In this document: piece after piece, positions 12,727 through 23,368 of the stretch
How positions within the stretch are numbered: position 1 is the stretch's first letter
How the letters are laid out: every line of letters starts with the position of its first letter
Origin: Chloroflexota bacterium
Lineage (GTDB): Bacteria; Chloroflexota; Anaerolineae; Anaerolineales; UBA4823
DNA: 64,000 nt
Assembly: GCA_049325275.1 (NCBI GenBank)
Contig: JBMOLU010000009.1
Coordinates: 45,103-109,102, forward strand
Direction: 5' to 3'
The notes under the pieces: generated by a model
Told to the model about the DNA's origin: nothing
Databases searched by the model: none
The model's input: the letters and a program-made list of their open reading frames with translations, nothing else
Made by a program: the position numbers and the translations under genes

Positions 12727-12909
12727 ATATCATATCGGACAAAAATTGTCAAATTAATAAATCATGAATGGGTAAGCAGGTAGATAAGGGCAATGAGATG
12801 AACGCGTGCGGCTGAGCCGCAAGCCAGATGCCCGCCCCCAAAAAGCAGAGCACCCGGCCGCTGCACCAGGTGCTCAACATCTTTTTCCGGTGAGGGAAAC
12901 CGCTTGCGG

Positions 12910-13983
12910 CTAAGCCTTGGTGGCCCAGTATTCGTCCAGGGCAGCCAACAGGGTTTCGACGTCGACAGGCATGATCTCGCCCATGTGGGCAATGCGGAAC
13001 GTCTTGCCTTTCAAGTCGCCGTAACCGTTAGCCATACGCATGCCGCGCGAGGCGATCATCTTGTTGAATTCGACACAATCGAAAGTTTCGGGATTGGTGA
13101 CAACCGTCAGCGTCTGTGAGCGATAACCTTCAGGGGCCAGCAAGGGCCAACCTTTGGCGGCCGCCCAATCCTGGCAAAGCTTTGCCATGGCGCTGTGACG
13201 GGCGTAACGCGCTTCCAGGCCCTCGGCCAGGATGCGGTCGAGCTGGTAGTCGAGCGCAAAGATCAGCGGCATCACCGGGGTCATGGGGGTAGAATCTTTG
13301 AGGCGATGCTTTTCGAGCAGCAAAAAGTCGAAGTACCAGCCGCGGAAGGGCACGGTCTTGGCGCGTTCCATGGCGCGTTCGTTGACGGCGCACAGCGCCA
13401 GGCCGGGCGGCAGGGCCAGGGCCTTTTGCGAAGAAGTAAAGAGCACGTCCAACCCCCAGGCATCCATCTCGACCTTGACGCCGGCAAACGACGACACTGC
13501 ATCGACAGCAACCAACGTGTCGGGGCTGACCCGGTGCACGACTTCGGCGATCTCCTTCACGGGGTTCATCACGCCGGTCGAGGTTTCGTTGTGAACGACG
13601 GTGATCAGTTCGTAGGCCTGCTTTTTCAGCGCTTCTTCCACCATCGCCGGCAGGATGGCCTGGCCCATGGGCACTTCGACTTTGTCGGCCTGTTTGCCGT
13701 TGGCGACGGCCACATCATAGAAACGTTTGGAAAAGGCGCCGTTGACGCAGCACAGCACGCGTTCTTTTGCCAGGTTGCGCACCGAGGCTTCGTGAGCGCC
13801 GCTGCCGGAGTTCGTCATCAGGAACACGCGGTGTTCGGTGTAAAAGAGTTGGCGCGCCTTCTCGGCCGCGCCCCGGAAAATCGCTTCGAAATCTTTGCTG
13901 CGGTGGGGCAGCATCGGTTTGGCCTGCTGCTGCAAAACGTCTGGGGCCACGTCCACTGGCCCGGGCACAAACATGGGAGACAT
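12910..13983 (-). CDS. Class V aminotransferase (alanine-glyoxylate/serine-pyruvate type)
   Basis: PGP, HRS, VHNETSTG, DAVSS, PLP lysine in SSQKAL, FRIAHMG. Confidence 0.93.
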   Translation of the reverse strand: MSPMFVPGPVDVAPDVLQQQAKPMLPHRSKDFEAIFRGAAEKARQLFYTEHRVFLMTNSGSGAHEASVRNLAKERVLCCVNGAFSKRFYDVAVANGKQADKVEVPMGQAILPAMVEEALKKQAYELITVVHNETSTGVMNPVKEIAEVVHRVSPDTLVAVDAVSSFAGVKVEMDAWGLDVLFTSSQKALALPPGLALCAVNERAMERAKTVPFRGWYFDFLLLEKHRLKDSTPMTPVMPLIFALDYQLDRILAEGLEARYARHSAMAKLCQDWAAAKGWPLLAPEGYRSQTLTVVTNPETFDCVEFNKMIASRGMRMANGYGDLKGKTFRIAHMGEIMPVDVETLLAALDEYWATKA

Positions 13984-14066
13984 GATTACCTCCGTGGGGT
14001 GTAAAATTGGCTTGCTCGTGAAAGGATTGTACCATTATTGCGCCATTTTTCACAAACAAGGTCCTC

Positions 14067-15836
14067 GTGATGAGTTCTGAAAAAAGATCGCTTTCTATTG
14101 TATCGCTTATACAAGTCGCTTTGCTGCTGTCTTTGATTCTGTCTTGCCGGGCTGCGTCCGGTGGCATCCCGGCCAGCGCAACCCCCAGCCTGGTGACCGG
14201 CACGGTATCTCCTTCGCCAACGCCGTTACCGCCAAGCCGAGCGGCTGACACGGCCACGGCCTCTGCAACGGCAGGCGTTACGGCAAGCGCCACACAACCG
14301 GCAACACCGACCGCCGCCGGTTATCGCGTACAGGTCCATCCCGAGGGCGGCCTGTACGTCGGCGATCAGGTCAGCTTCGAAGTCATCGGGGAACCGCCCG
14401 AAGAGTCACAGGCAAGCATCGAGATTGCGGCAGTGGAGCCTGTCTCCCTTGGCCCGGCCAAATTCGGTTCCTTCGGCATCGCACGGCGCAGCCAGGCAAC
14501 CTTCCTGTGGGCCTGGGATACGTCGGGGCTGGCGGCCGGCGTTTATACCGCAACCATCCGCATACAGGGAGCAACATCCCATACCACCTGGGATATGCCG
14601 CTTGCCTTGCAGCCGGCCGGTGAACGTCAGGCAGCGCAGTGGACGAGCGTCACGACCGAGTGCTGCGTGATCAACTACATCACCGGCACCGCCAGCGAGC
14701 GCGATATCGAACGCCTGGCTGCCCAAGCCGACGCGCAGGCGCGCTCGGCCAGCCGCAGTATGGAGGCCACATTCAGCGAGCCGCTGACGGTGACCCTGCT
14801 CTCACGCGTCCTCGGGCACGGCGGCTTTGCCAGCGATGAAATCTCTATTTCGTACCTCGACCGCAACTACGCCGGCGACACGTTTTCAACCGTGCTGCAT
14901 CACGAAATGATCCATATCCTGGACGCCTCCTTAGGCGGCAATTACCGCCCCAGCCTGTTCGTCGAAGGGCTGGCCGTCTATATGACGGGAGGGCACTTCA
15001 AGCCCGAACCGTTGAGGGAACGCGCTGCGGCGCTGTTGCAGATTGAAGGCGGCGAGTGGTACATTCCCATCGAGGATCTGGCTAATGACTTCTATGCTTC
15101 GCAGCACGAGATCGGCTATCTGCAGGGTGGGGCTTTGATCGATTACATGGTCAGGCGCTGGGGTTGGGCAGCTTTTTCGGCCTTTTACCGCCAGATGGAA
15201 ACGGGCCAAGACCAGTTACCCGCAGCGGTAATCGACGCCGCCTTGCGGGAACACCTCGCGCTTTCGCTCGGCGATCTCGAAGCAGATTTTCTACACGATC
15301 TGCAGCAACAAAGGGTGAGCACCGCGCAACGTGAAGACCTGCGCCTGACGGTGATCTACTACGACACCCTGCGTCATTACCAGCAAACGCTCGACTCGTC
15401 GGCCTATTTCGCCACCGCCTGGTTGCTCGATGGCCGTGAAATGCGCCGCCGCGGCATCGTGGCCGATTACCTGCGCCACCCCAACGCCGATGAAAACCTG
15501 GCGCTCGAAACGCTCTTGATGGCGGCCAACACGCAGATCACCCGTGGCGAGTTTGCCCTGGCTGAAGCCATGCTGCAGGACGTCGAAAACGTGCTGGCGG
15601 CAATCGAGACCGGCCAGGAGGAACCGTTTACGGCTTCTTGGGCTGCAAGCGAGTACCTGTCGATCGTACGCCTGCTGCGCGCCGCTGGCTACGAAGCCCA
15701 ACAGGTTTGGATATCCGGCGATCAAGCCGAAGCGCAGGTGAGCGATGCATCTGCCCGGCTGCTCCAGGCGCAGTTCCAACGCCAGGGAGATGCCTGGGCG
15801 CTGGTTGCCGTCGGCGAGCCGACTTCTGTGAAGTGA
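14067..15836 (+). CDS. Lipoprotein with gluzincin (peptidase MA-like) domain
   Basis: ILSC lipobox, Pro/Thr stalk, HEMIH followed by EGLA. Confidence 0.75.
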   Translation: MMSSEKRSLSIVSLIQVALLLSLILSCRAASGGIPASATPSLVTGTVSPSPTPLPPSRAADTATASATAGVTASATQPATPTAAGYRVQVHPEGGLYVGDQVSFEVIGEPPEESQASIEIAAVEPVSLGPAKFGSFGIARRSQATFLWAWDTSGLAAGVYTATIRIQGATSHTTWDMPLALQPAGERQAAQWTSVTTECCVINYITGTASERDIERLAAQADAQARSASRSMEATFSEPLTVTLLSRVLGHGGFASDEISISYLDRNYAGDTFSTVLHHEMIHILDASLGGNYRPSLFVEGLAVYMTGGHFKPEPLRERAAALLQIEGGEWYIPIEDLANDFYASQHEIGYLQGGALIDYMVRRWGWAAFSAFYRQMETGQDQLPAAVIDAALREHLALSLGDLEADFLHDLQQQRVSTAQREDLRLTVIYYDTLRHYQQTLDSSAYFATAWLLDGREMRRRGIVADYLRHPNADENLALETLLMAANTQITRGEFALAEAMLQDVENVLAAIETGQEEPFTASWAASEYLSIVRLLRAAGYEAQQVWISGDQAEAQVSDASARLLQAQFQRQGDAWALVAVGEPTSVK

Positions 15837-15880
15837 ATGCTGCGGCCCGCCAGTGCAGGCCTTGCGAATGCGGCCAAAAC

Positions 15881-18337
15881 TTACTTCACAGCCGCATCCA
15901 GCACCCCTCGACCGATGGCGGCAGCCGCCGCCGGATCGGCGCTTTCGATCAACACGGCCACGGTCAGGGGAGCGCCCTGCCAGCCCGGCAGCGTGCCGCC
16001 CAGATACCAGGTCACGCGCGCTGTTCCGTCGCCGGCGGTGATGATACGCTGCCAGAAAGCATCCTCCCTGTACTGGTCTGCCAGACTGGTCGCCGTTTGC
16101 CGGTCCAGCAGAACCTGCGACTGCCCCAAAGGCGGAAGCAGAACCCAACCGGCCTGCGGCGTATCGACGGCCAGCACAAGATCGGGGGCCGGACGAACGC
16201 CGCCGCCGCTGACAGTAGCAGCCAGCAAAGCCATTTGCAGGGGGCTGGCCCGCAAGATGGCTTCTTGCGAGGCACCACTGGCTGTCGGCAAACGCAGCAG
16301 CGGGGCCGTGTACAGGCCGGCTTCGGCAAGCGATGGAAGCGGCTGGCCAGCATCGATGCCCTGCCACAGGGCGTTCACGGCAGCCTGCGCCGGGTAAAGG
16401 CCCAGCGTGGCGCGGTTGAAAAGTGGGGAGGTTGGGTCTGCCAGCAAACTTTCTCCTTGTTGATCCAGTTGGTTGGCATCGAAAGTCGGATGTGAAGCGA
16501 GAGCCAAAATCTCGCCGTTCTCGGCGTTGATCAACACCACGGCCCCGGCTTGCTGGCCGAGGAGATCGTCGGTAATGCGCTGCAAATCGAGATCGAGGCT
16601 CAGGCGAACGTCCAGGCCGGCAGGCGGTTGGCCGTAGAGCAGGTGATTCCACCAAATGGAAAGGCCGCTGTTACCTTGCAAACCGCGCAGGTAGTCGTCC
16701 AGGCTGGCTTCCAGGCCGGCCTGCCCGTACACGGGATGGGTGTATCCCAACAACGGGCCGAGCAGCGGATAGCGATACTGCCGGGCCAGCTCTCCTGTAG
16801 GGCCGCTGCTTTCAACCAGGACGGTCTGACTGCGATCGAGCAGTGCACCGCGGCGTACGAAGCGATCGGCCAGGCTGCGGCGAAGGTTATCGGTGCGCGT
16901 CAGCAGCGCCGGGCCGCGCCAGTAAGCCCACCACCCCGTCGCCAGAGCCGTGGCAAACAAGCCCGCAAAAAGGAAGCCGGCCAAATGGAAGTACGGCTGT
17001 GGCCCGGTGTGGGTACGCGGTGCAGCATTGCGTTCGATAAACCGGCCGGCGGTCTCTTCTGCACGATCTTCATCGACGGTTTCCGCGGCAGGCGCGCTTG
17101 CTTCACCGATCTTGACCAATAAAAACAGGCAGAGGAAGGAGACCAGCAAAGACGAGCCACCGTACGACACAAGCGGCAGCGTCACCCCGGTTAGCGGCAA
17201 CAGACGCAAGTTGCCGCCGATGATCAGCACGCTTTGCGCAGCCAGGTAGGCGGTAAGCCCCGCGGCAAGAATCTGCCGGAAAGCATCACCGGCATACAAG
17301 GCCAACCGCAAGCCGCGCGCCACCAGAACCAACAGAAGACCGATCAAAGCAATGCTGCCGGCCAGGCCGGTTTCCTCGGCAATGGCAGCAAAAATAAAGT
17401 CGGAGTGCGCTACAGGCACCAGGCTTGGGCTTCCCATGCCGGGGCCGCGGCCAAACACGCCGCCGTTCGCCACGGCCAGCAAAGACTGAACGATTTGATA
17501 AGAACGCCCGCTCGGATCGATCCAAGGGTTAAGCCAGGCGTCCACACGCAAACGCACCACATCGAAAAGCGCATAGCCTAGCAAAGCGGCTGCACCAATG
17601 GCGAGCGAGCTAAAAAGTAGGAAACGCCGGTGGCCCGTCGCTACATAGACAACCGCGGCGTACAGGAACAGCAAAATGGAGGCCGTCCCCAGGTCGCGCT
17701 GAGCCAACATCAGCGCCAACGCAAGGCTGGTCATGACAAAAGTAGGCGCCAGAAGGGGTAAGGCAGGGCGCACCATTCCCATGGACAAGCGTTCTGCCAG
17801 GTACGCTGCCAGGTAGACGATCAACAACAGCTTGAGCGGTTCAGAGGGTTGAAAGTAAACGCCGCAACAGCCCAACCACAGGCGCGGGCCAAAACCCATC
17901 GGGTTGGTTCCAAAGATCAACGTCAGCGCCGTCAACAGCAGGCCGGCGGTAAACCAGACGTACTTATAGCGGCGCAAAAATTCGAGCTGCCGGACAAAGC
18001 GCAAGCCGAGCGTAAAAACGCCTCCGCAGACCAACAGCCAGATCGCCTGGCGCATGCCAAAAGCCGGATATAAACGCCAGATGGTCAGCAACCCCCATCC
18101 GCTGAGCAACGACAGGATCGGAATCAAATACGGATCGTGTGCGGTGAGGCGGCGATTGCTCTGCCGGTGCAAGGCCGCAAACACAGCGGCCCAGATCAAC
18201 CATCCCAACCAGTGGTCCCAACGGTATGGGACATCCCACGAACGCGCCCGTGCAGCCGGTGAAAGCGTCAAAGCAACGGCATACAATGCCGTGCAAGCGG
18301 CTGCCAGGATCAAAAGGCGAGATTGGATGGCGCGCAT
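15881..18337 (-). CDS. rodA: FtsW/RodA (SEDS) protein fused to a degenerate penicillin-binding transpeptidase-like domain
   Basis: FQPSEPLK, DLGTA, SYQIVQS, HSDFIFAAIAEE, PLTGVTLPLVSYGGSS; then RGALLDR, GLEASLD, GEILALASHP. Confidence 0.85.
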   Translation of the reverse strand: MRAIQSRLLILAAACTALYAVALTLSPAARARSWDVPYRWDHWLGWLIWAAVFAALHRQSNRRLTAHDPYLIPILSLLSGWGLLTIWRLYPAFGMRQAIWLLVCGGVFTLGLRFVRQLEFLRRYKYVWFTAGLLLTALTLIFGTNPMGFGPRLWLGCCGVYFQPSEPLKLLLIVYLAAYLAERLSMGMVRPALPLLAPTFVMTSLALALMLAQRDLGTASILLFLYAAVVYVATGHRRFLLFSSLAIGAAALLGYALFDVVRLRVDAWLNPWIDPSGRSYQIVQSLLAVANGGVFGRGPGMGSPSLVPVAHSDFIFAAIAEETGLAGSIALIGLLLVLVARGLRLALYAGDAFRQILAAGLTAYLAAQSVLIIGGNLRLLPLTGVTLPLVSYGGSSLLVSFLCLFLLVKIGEASAPAAETVDEDRAEETAGRFIERNAAPRTHTGPQPYFHLAGFLFAGLFATALATGWWAYWRGPALLTRTDNLRRSLADRFVRRGALLDRSQTVLVESSGPTGELARQYRYPLLGPLLGYTHPVYGQAGLEASLDDYLRGLQGNSGLSIWWNHLLYGQPPAGLDVRLSLDLDLQRITDDLLGQQAGAVVLINAENGEILALASHPTFDANQLDQQGESLLADPTSPLFNRATLGLYPAQAAVNALWQGIDAGQPLPSLAEAGLYTAPLLRLPTASGASQEAILRASPLQMALLAATVSGGGVRPAPDLVLAVDTPQAGWVLLPPLGQSQVLLDRQTATSLADQYREDAFWQRIITAGDGTARVTWYLGGTLPGWQGAPLTVAVLIESADPAAAAAIGRGVLDAAVK

Positions 18338-18425
18338 GGCGAAGAGGGCCGAAAACGCACAGCGGCAAGCGGCGCCGGGCGAAAGCCCACACGCATCATC
18401 AACTGCCGCTGTGCGCCAGGATTCG

Positions 18426-19310
18426 TCAGCCCAAGTATTTTCCCACCAGCAAATCGAGTGAACGGCGCATATCCGGCGAAACGGCGCTGGGGTTGGTCAG
18501 GATGGCGTTTGCCAGAGCGTGCTCGCACTCGCAGGCCGGTGCAGCGGTTTGCGGTTCGGCCAGTTCGCGCACCAGTTGACGCACAGCTTGCTGAGCATAG
18601 GACGTGTTTTGATGCAGCGTCTGGATGACCCGCTCCACCGTGACAGGTTCTTCGCTGACGTGCCAGACGTCGTAATCGGTGACGTGCGCCATCGTCGCAT
18701 AGCACAGTTCGGCCTCTCGGGCCAGAAAAACTTCAGGGGAGGCGGTCATCCCGATCAAGGCCAATCCCCACTGGCGGTAGACATTCGATTCTGCCTTGGT
18801 GGAGAAGCGCGGTCCTTCGATGGTCAAGAAAGCGCCGCCGCGATGGGTAATCGCACCCGTTGCCTTTACAGCCCGGTAGAGCTGTTGCGTCAGCGCCGGG
18901 CAATAGGGATCCGCCACGCTGATGTGCGCCACCAGGCCATTACTGAAGAAACTGCGCACGCGCTCGTGAGTCAGATCGAAGACCTGATCGGGAATGACGA
19001 TCGAACCGGGTGCATAATCTTCACGCAACGAGCCGCAGGCGCTGACGCTGACCACATGCTGCACCTTCAACGACTTAAGCGCATAGATATTGGCCCTGTA
19101 GGGAATGTCCGTGGGGGTAATGCGGTGCCCCATGCCGTGACGCGCCAAAAACGCCACGCGCTGCCCTTCCAGCGTGCCGATCACGATCGGAGAACTGGGC
19201 TTACCAAAAGGCGTATCGAGATCGAGCGTTTCAATATCCTGCAGCCCGGCCATCTCGTACAAACCCGAACCACCGATGACAGCAAGAATGGGAGAAGTAG
19301 AAAGGTGCAT
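18426..19310 (-). CDS. mtnP: S-methyl-5'-thioadenosine phosphorylase
   Basis: IGGSGLY, TPFG.PS, LARHG..H, YRANIYAL, EGPRFSTKAES, VTDYD. Confidence 0.93.
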   Translation of the reverse strand: MHLSTSPILAVIGGSGLYEMAGLQDIETLDLDTPFGKPSSPIVIGTLEGQRVAFLARHGMGHRITPTDIPYRANIYALKSLKVQHVVSVSACGSLREDYAPGSIVIPDQVFDLTHERVRSFFSNGLVAHISVADPYCPALTQQLYRAVKATGAITHRGGAFLTIEGPRFSTKAESNVYRQWGLALIGMTASPEVFLAREAELCYATMAHVTDYDVWHVSEEPVTVERVIQTLHQNTSYAQQAVRQLVRELAEPQTAAPACECEHALANAILTNPSAVSPDMRRSLDLLVGKYLG

Positions 19311-19334
19311 AAGAACTCCAGCAGAAAAGATTTT

Positions 19335-19754
19335 TTACGGGTTGCTATCACCCACCTGAACGGTTACGCCGCCACAGCGGATTACATCGCCATGGGTGAT
19401 CACGGTGGCAGTCGTAACCAATTCATCGTTGAGCAGCGTACCGTTGCGTGAACGTAGGTCCTCGATCCACCATTGGTTGTGGTGGTAAGAAAGGCGTGCA
19501 TGTTGGGCAGAAACAGTCGGGTCGTCGAGGTGCAAATCGCAGACCGGATCACGGCCCACAATCACCAGTGAACCGGTAAACAGGCGGGGCGGCAGCCCGG
19601 CAACGAACAGCGTCAAGGGCGCTGGCTGGCTGGCCATAACCAGGTCACGCTGCCGGCCGAGATCGCGCCACAGAATCCAAAGCATTCCAATCAAAAAAGC
19701 AAACAGGGCCACGGCAAACAGCAGGCGTAGTACCAGTAAAACAGGTCCACTCAT
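19335..19754 (-). CDS. Membrane-anchored FHA domain protein (FhaB-like)
   Basis: TM helix then VGR..D..VSAQHA..DLRSRNGT. Confidence 0.88.
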   Translation of the reverse strand: MSGPVLLVLRLLFAVALFAFLIGMLWILWRDLGRQRDLVMASQPAPLTLFVAGLPPRLFTGSLVIVGRDPVCDLHLDDPTVSAQHARLSYHHNQWWIEDLRSRNGTLLNDELVTTATVITHGDVIRCGGVTVQVGDSNP

Positions 19755-20530
19755 GAAATGGGTAACTCCGTCGTATCGTCCAGGTTCACAGGAGAATCGT
19801 GCCCAAAAATCAGGGTGACACCGGCCAGCGAAACCACATCGCCGGGCAAGAGGGTGGCGCTGTGCGTGACGCGCTGTCCGTTCACAAAAGTACCGCCGGT
19901 CGAGCCGAGATCGAAGATCATATAACGGCTATGGGCCAGGCGCAGTTGGGCATGCGCTCGCGAAACGCGAGGATCGTTGAGAACCAGATCGTTATCGGTG
20001 CGGCGGCCAATGTTGATGACCGGTTTTTCGAGCGGAAAAGTCCACTGGCCGTTGACGATCAAGAAAGCGTCTTCGGGTGCGTGTGGCGTTGGTTGCAGCG
20101 CCGGGTTGACGAGCATGGCAGTATTTCCGCCGGTGCGGCGGGGAAAAATCTGGGCTTCGAGGCGCATTTCCCCGCGCGCCATGGAGACCTCGGGCCGAAC
20201 TTCGAGCGTGGGATAAGCAACAAAAACGAAACCACTCTCACAACCACACTGGTAGACATAGGAGGCCAGCTCATCGATCCCGTCAGGATCAGCCCGTACT
20301 AACTGGGCAACGGTGGGCGGTAGGTGCAAGGTGAACTGGTTGGGCGCCAGGGCCACGCCTTCCTCGTTGGTTTCCGCGTGATCGTGAAGCGCCTGCAAAA
20401 GCAGCGCCGCCAGGCTGCATTTTTCACCGTCGCCCCAGGTCGCTATCGAGAACAAACGTGCCGTGCCGCCTTCGACCATTGCACGCAGGCGGGATTCAAT
20501 GCGGGCAAGCGCATCTTCGAGCCGACTCAT
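19751..20530 (-). CDS. FhaA-like protein (DUF3662 + FHA)
   Basis: N-terminal IESRL..VEG..APNQF; C-terminal IGR..D..VSRAHA..DLGSTGGT. Confidence 0.88.
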   Translation of the reverse strand: MSRLEDALARIESRLRAMVEGGTARLFSIATWGDGEKCSLAALLLQALHDHAETNEEGVALAPNQFTLHLPPTVAQLVRADPDGIDELASYVYQCGCESGFVFVAYPTLEVRPEVSMARGEMRLEAQIFPRRTGGNTAMLVNPALQPTPHAPEDAFLIVNGQWTFPLEKPVINIGRRTDNDLVLNDPRVSRAHAQLRLAHSRYMIFDLGSTGGTFVNGQRVTHSATLLPGDVVSLAGVTLIFGHDSPVNLDDTTELPIS

Positions 20531-20730
20531 AACCGCAATTATAGCGGGTTTCTCCGCAGAAAAGAAAAGTCATGGAAAAGACTCCAGATGCGGTATACTG
20601 CGGCCATGCAACACGACCACAGCTATCCGGAAGTTCAACAAACAATCCACGGCAAATGGGACGTGTGGGGGCCTGTTTTGCCAAAACGAACACGATGAGC
20701 CTGGTTCGGGCGCGTGGTGGAGAACAAGAA

Positions 20731-21858
20731 ATGACGGAGGCAAGCGCATTTCACGGAAGGTTGGGGGTGCAGCAGCGCGTCTTGCCGGGCTATCGGGCGT
20801 TGTTTTTCGAGATCTTGGCCGGCGCCTGCACCAAAGGACTGGGAGTGTTTGCCGGCAAAGCGCTGCCCACAGAGGCCATCGCGACAGCAGAAAGCATACA
20901 CCAGGCGCACACCTTCCCGGCGGTCAATCGTCACGGCTTCGACCCAAGCTCCCCACTTTACTTTTGCGTCCAAGAAAACCTGCTCGATTGGCTCAACACC
21001 TGGCAGCCCGATGCGCTGGTCGTAGAAGCGAACCCGCGCTACCTGGGCGTTTCAGCCGCCGTACGTTGGATGCACGTACGGCAGCGCCCGGTGCTGGGCT
21101 GGGGATTGGGGGCGCCGTTCAACCGCCCGGTGCTGGCCGTGCTGCTAAACCCGCTGTGGCGGCGTTTCCTCGGGCAGTTCGACGCGCTGATCGCCTACAG
21201 CCGTCGCGGTGCGGCGCAGTACTCCGCCCGCGGCTTCCCGGCTGAACGTGTGTTCGTGGCCCCCAATGCGGCCGTGCCCCGGCCGGCGGGGCCACCGCCC
21301 ACGCGCCCGCCCGTTTTCGGAGGCGCGCCCTGTGTGCTCTTCGTAGGCCGGCTGCAAGTGCGCAAGCGCCTGGACAACCTGCTGCGCGCGTGCGCAGCCT
21401 TGCCATCCATGCTTCAGCCACGCCTGATCGTTGTCGGAGACGGGCCGGAACGGGCCACGCTCGAGGCCCTGGCCGCCGCCACCTACCCGCGTGCAGAATT
21501 TGTCGGCGCGCACAGCGACGCAGCGCTCGAACCCTTTTACGCCGCTGCCGATCTGTTCGCCCTGCCCGGCACCGGCGGGCTGGCCGTCCAGCAGGCCATG
21601 GCCCACGCCCTGCCCGTACTCGTGGCGCGCGGCGACGGCACGCAAGACGATCTCGTGCGCGAAGAGAACGGCTGGCAAATTCCGCCCGACGACCTGCCCG
21701 CGCTGACCGAGACCCTGGCGCTCGCACTGGGCAATGTTGCTCGCCTGCGGGCAATGGGCGCCGAGAGCTACCGCATCGTAGCGGCGGAAGTCAACCTTGA
21801 ATGCATGGTGGGCGTATTCGTCGCAGCGCTCAGAAGCTGCCAGAGCCTGCGCGCCTGA
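20731..21858 (+). CDS. GT4 family glycosyltransferase
   Basis: LFVGRL..RK, VGDGP, GGLAVQQAMA, NGW; start at MTEAS is uncertain. Confidence 0.88.
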   Translation: MTEASAFHGRLGVQQRVLPGYRALFFEILAGACTKGLGVFAGKALPTEAIATAESIHQAHTFPAVNRHGFDPSSPLYFCVQENLLDWLNTWQPDALVVEANPRYLGVSAAVRWMHVRQRPVLGWGLGAPFNRPVLAVLLNPLWRRFLGQFDALIAYSRRGAAQYSARGFPAERVFVAPNAAVPRPAGPPPTRPPVFGGAPCVLFVGRLQVRKRLDNLLRACAALPSMLQPRLIVVGDGPERATLEALAAATYPRAEFVGAHSDAALEPFYAAADLFALPGTGGLAVQQAMAHALPVLVARGDGTQDDLVREENGWQIPPDDLPALTETLALALGNVARLRAMGAESYRIVAAEVNLECMVGVFVAALRSCQSLRA

Positions 21859-21888
21859 TGTGCGTAAACATACGATCAACTTGACAAC

Positions 21889-23130
21889 ATGAAACTACTT
21901 TTTGTCGCCGACGGGCGCTCCCCGATTGCCATCAACTGGATACGGTACTTCACCGCAACCGGTCATACGGTGCACCTGGCCTCGACCTATCCCTGCCAGC
22001 CGGAACTGCCCCTGGCATCCTTGACGATCATCCCGGCAGCCTTTGGCAACGTGGCCGGCGGAGAGAGAAAGCAAGGAAGTTCCGGCGTGCGCGGGCTGCT
22101 GCGCAAGCTGGCACCGGTCGGTTTACGAGTCGGGCTGCGGCGGCGCTTGGGGCCACTGACGTTGGCGAAAGCGGCTAAAAACCTGCGCGTCCTGCTGGAT
22201 GAAATCCAACCTGACGTGGCCCATGCCATGCGCATTCCCTTCGAGGGCATGATGCTGGCGCAGGCCGTTTTGATACGCGGCGGCGCAACACCGCCGCCCA
22301 CCGCCGTTTCGGTATGGGGCAACGATTTCACCCTGCACGCCACGGCAAACGCGACCATGGGCTTTCTCACCCGCCTGACCCTGCAAAACCTGTCTGCCCT
22401 GCATACCGACTGCCAACGCGACCAGAACCTGGCACACGCCTGGGATTTCGATCCCCGAAAGCCGGAAATCGTCCTGCCCGGAAACGGCGGCATCGATCTG
22501 GACGTGTTCGACAGCGCGTCCCGGCCGGAGGAGGCCGCGCCCAGGGTTATCAACCCGCGCGGCATTCGGGCCTACGTGCGCAACGATACCTTCTTCGCAG
22601 CCATTCCACGCGTGCTGGCCAAGTGGCCTGATGCAAAGTTCGTATGCCCGAACATGGCCGGGGAGGTGCAGGCCGAAAAGTGGGTGCGGCAGCACGGCAT
22701 CGCCCACGCCGTCGAGTTGCTGCCGCACCTGACACGCCCACAAATGGCGCAGCAGTTTCGGCGCGCCCAGGTTGCCACGTCCATCAGCGAGCACGACGGC
22801 ACGCCGAACACCCTGCTCGAAGCAATGGCCTGCGGTTGCTACCCGATCGCCGGAGACATCGAGTCGCTCCGGGAATGGATCAAGCCCGGTGAAAACGGCG
22901 GCCTCGTTGCACCGGGTGATGCGGACGCTTTGGCGGAGGCCATTTTGCAAGCCCTGGAAACGCCGGCCTTGCGACAGTCTGCCGCAGCAGAAAACGGCCA
23001 GATCATTCGCCAGCGGGCCGAGTATGGGGCTTGCATGGCAAGCGCAGAAGCTTTCTATGGCGGATTGATCGATCATCCCCCTCACGTTCCTCCTATTTAT
23101 GGAAGTGCGTCGCACCTTGCTCCCCCTTGA
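21889..23130 (+). CDS. GT4 family glycosyltransferase
   Basis: DGTPNTLLEAMACG, ENGGLV.PGD..ALAEAI. Confidence 0.88.
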   Translation: MKLLFVADGRSPIAINWIRYFTATGHTVHLASTYPCQPELPLASLTIIPAAFGNVAGGERKQGSSGVRGLLRKLAPVGLRVGLRRRLGPLTLAKAAKNLRVLLDEIQPDVAHAMRIPFEGMMLAQAVLIRGGATPPPTAVSVWGNDFTLHATANATMGFLTRLTLQNLSALHTDCQRDQNLAHAWDFDPRKPEIVLPGNGGIDLDVFDSASRPEEAAPRVINPRGIRAYVRNDTFFAAIPRVLAKWPDAKFVCPNMAGEVQAEKWVRQHGIAHAVELLPHLTRPQMAQQFRRAQVATSISEHDGTPNTLLEAMACGCYPIAGDIESLREWIKPGENGGLVAPGDADALAEAILQALETPALRQSAAAENGQIIRQRAEYGACMASAEAFYGGLIDHPPHVPPIYGSASHLAPP

Positions 23131-23217
23131 AACTCCCCTCGCCCGGGCATCCTACCCGCTCTTGCCGCCGTCGAGCCGAACACCCCTCGCAGCCTGATGT
23201 TTATGCTCCACCGTCGC

Positions 23218-23251
23218 TTTTCTGCCAGAATCGTACGGTTCTGGCAAAAAA
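23218..23251. terminator. Hairpin flanked by T and A runs
   Basis: ttttctgccagaa..ttctggcaaaaaa inverted repeat downstream of the GT gene. Confidence 0.45.
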
Positions 23252-23368
23252 GTCACAGAATGAAATGAAGCGTAGGGTTAGAGCCGTTCCGCTTGATGCG
23301 GGTTAGGAAGTTATTTTCCGCCAACACTTTTCAGACAGGTTTTGAGAAAACCGGCTCTTCCGGCTTTA

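Noticed and set aside
14038-14055. Second Rex-like site ttgcgccatttttcacaa
   Set aside because: Only one good half-site
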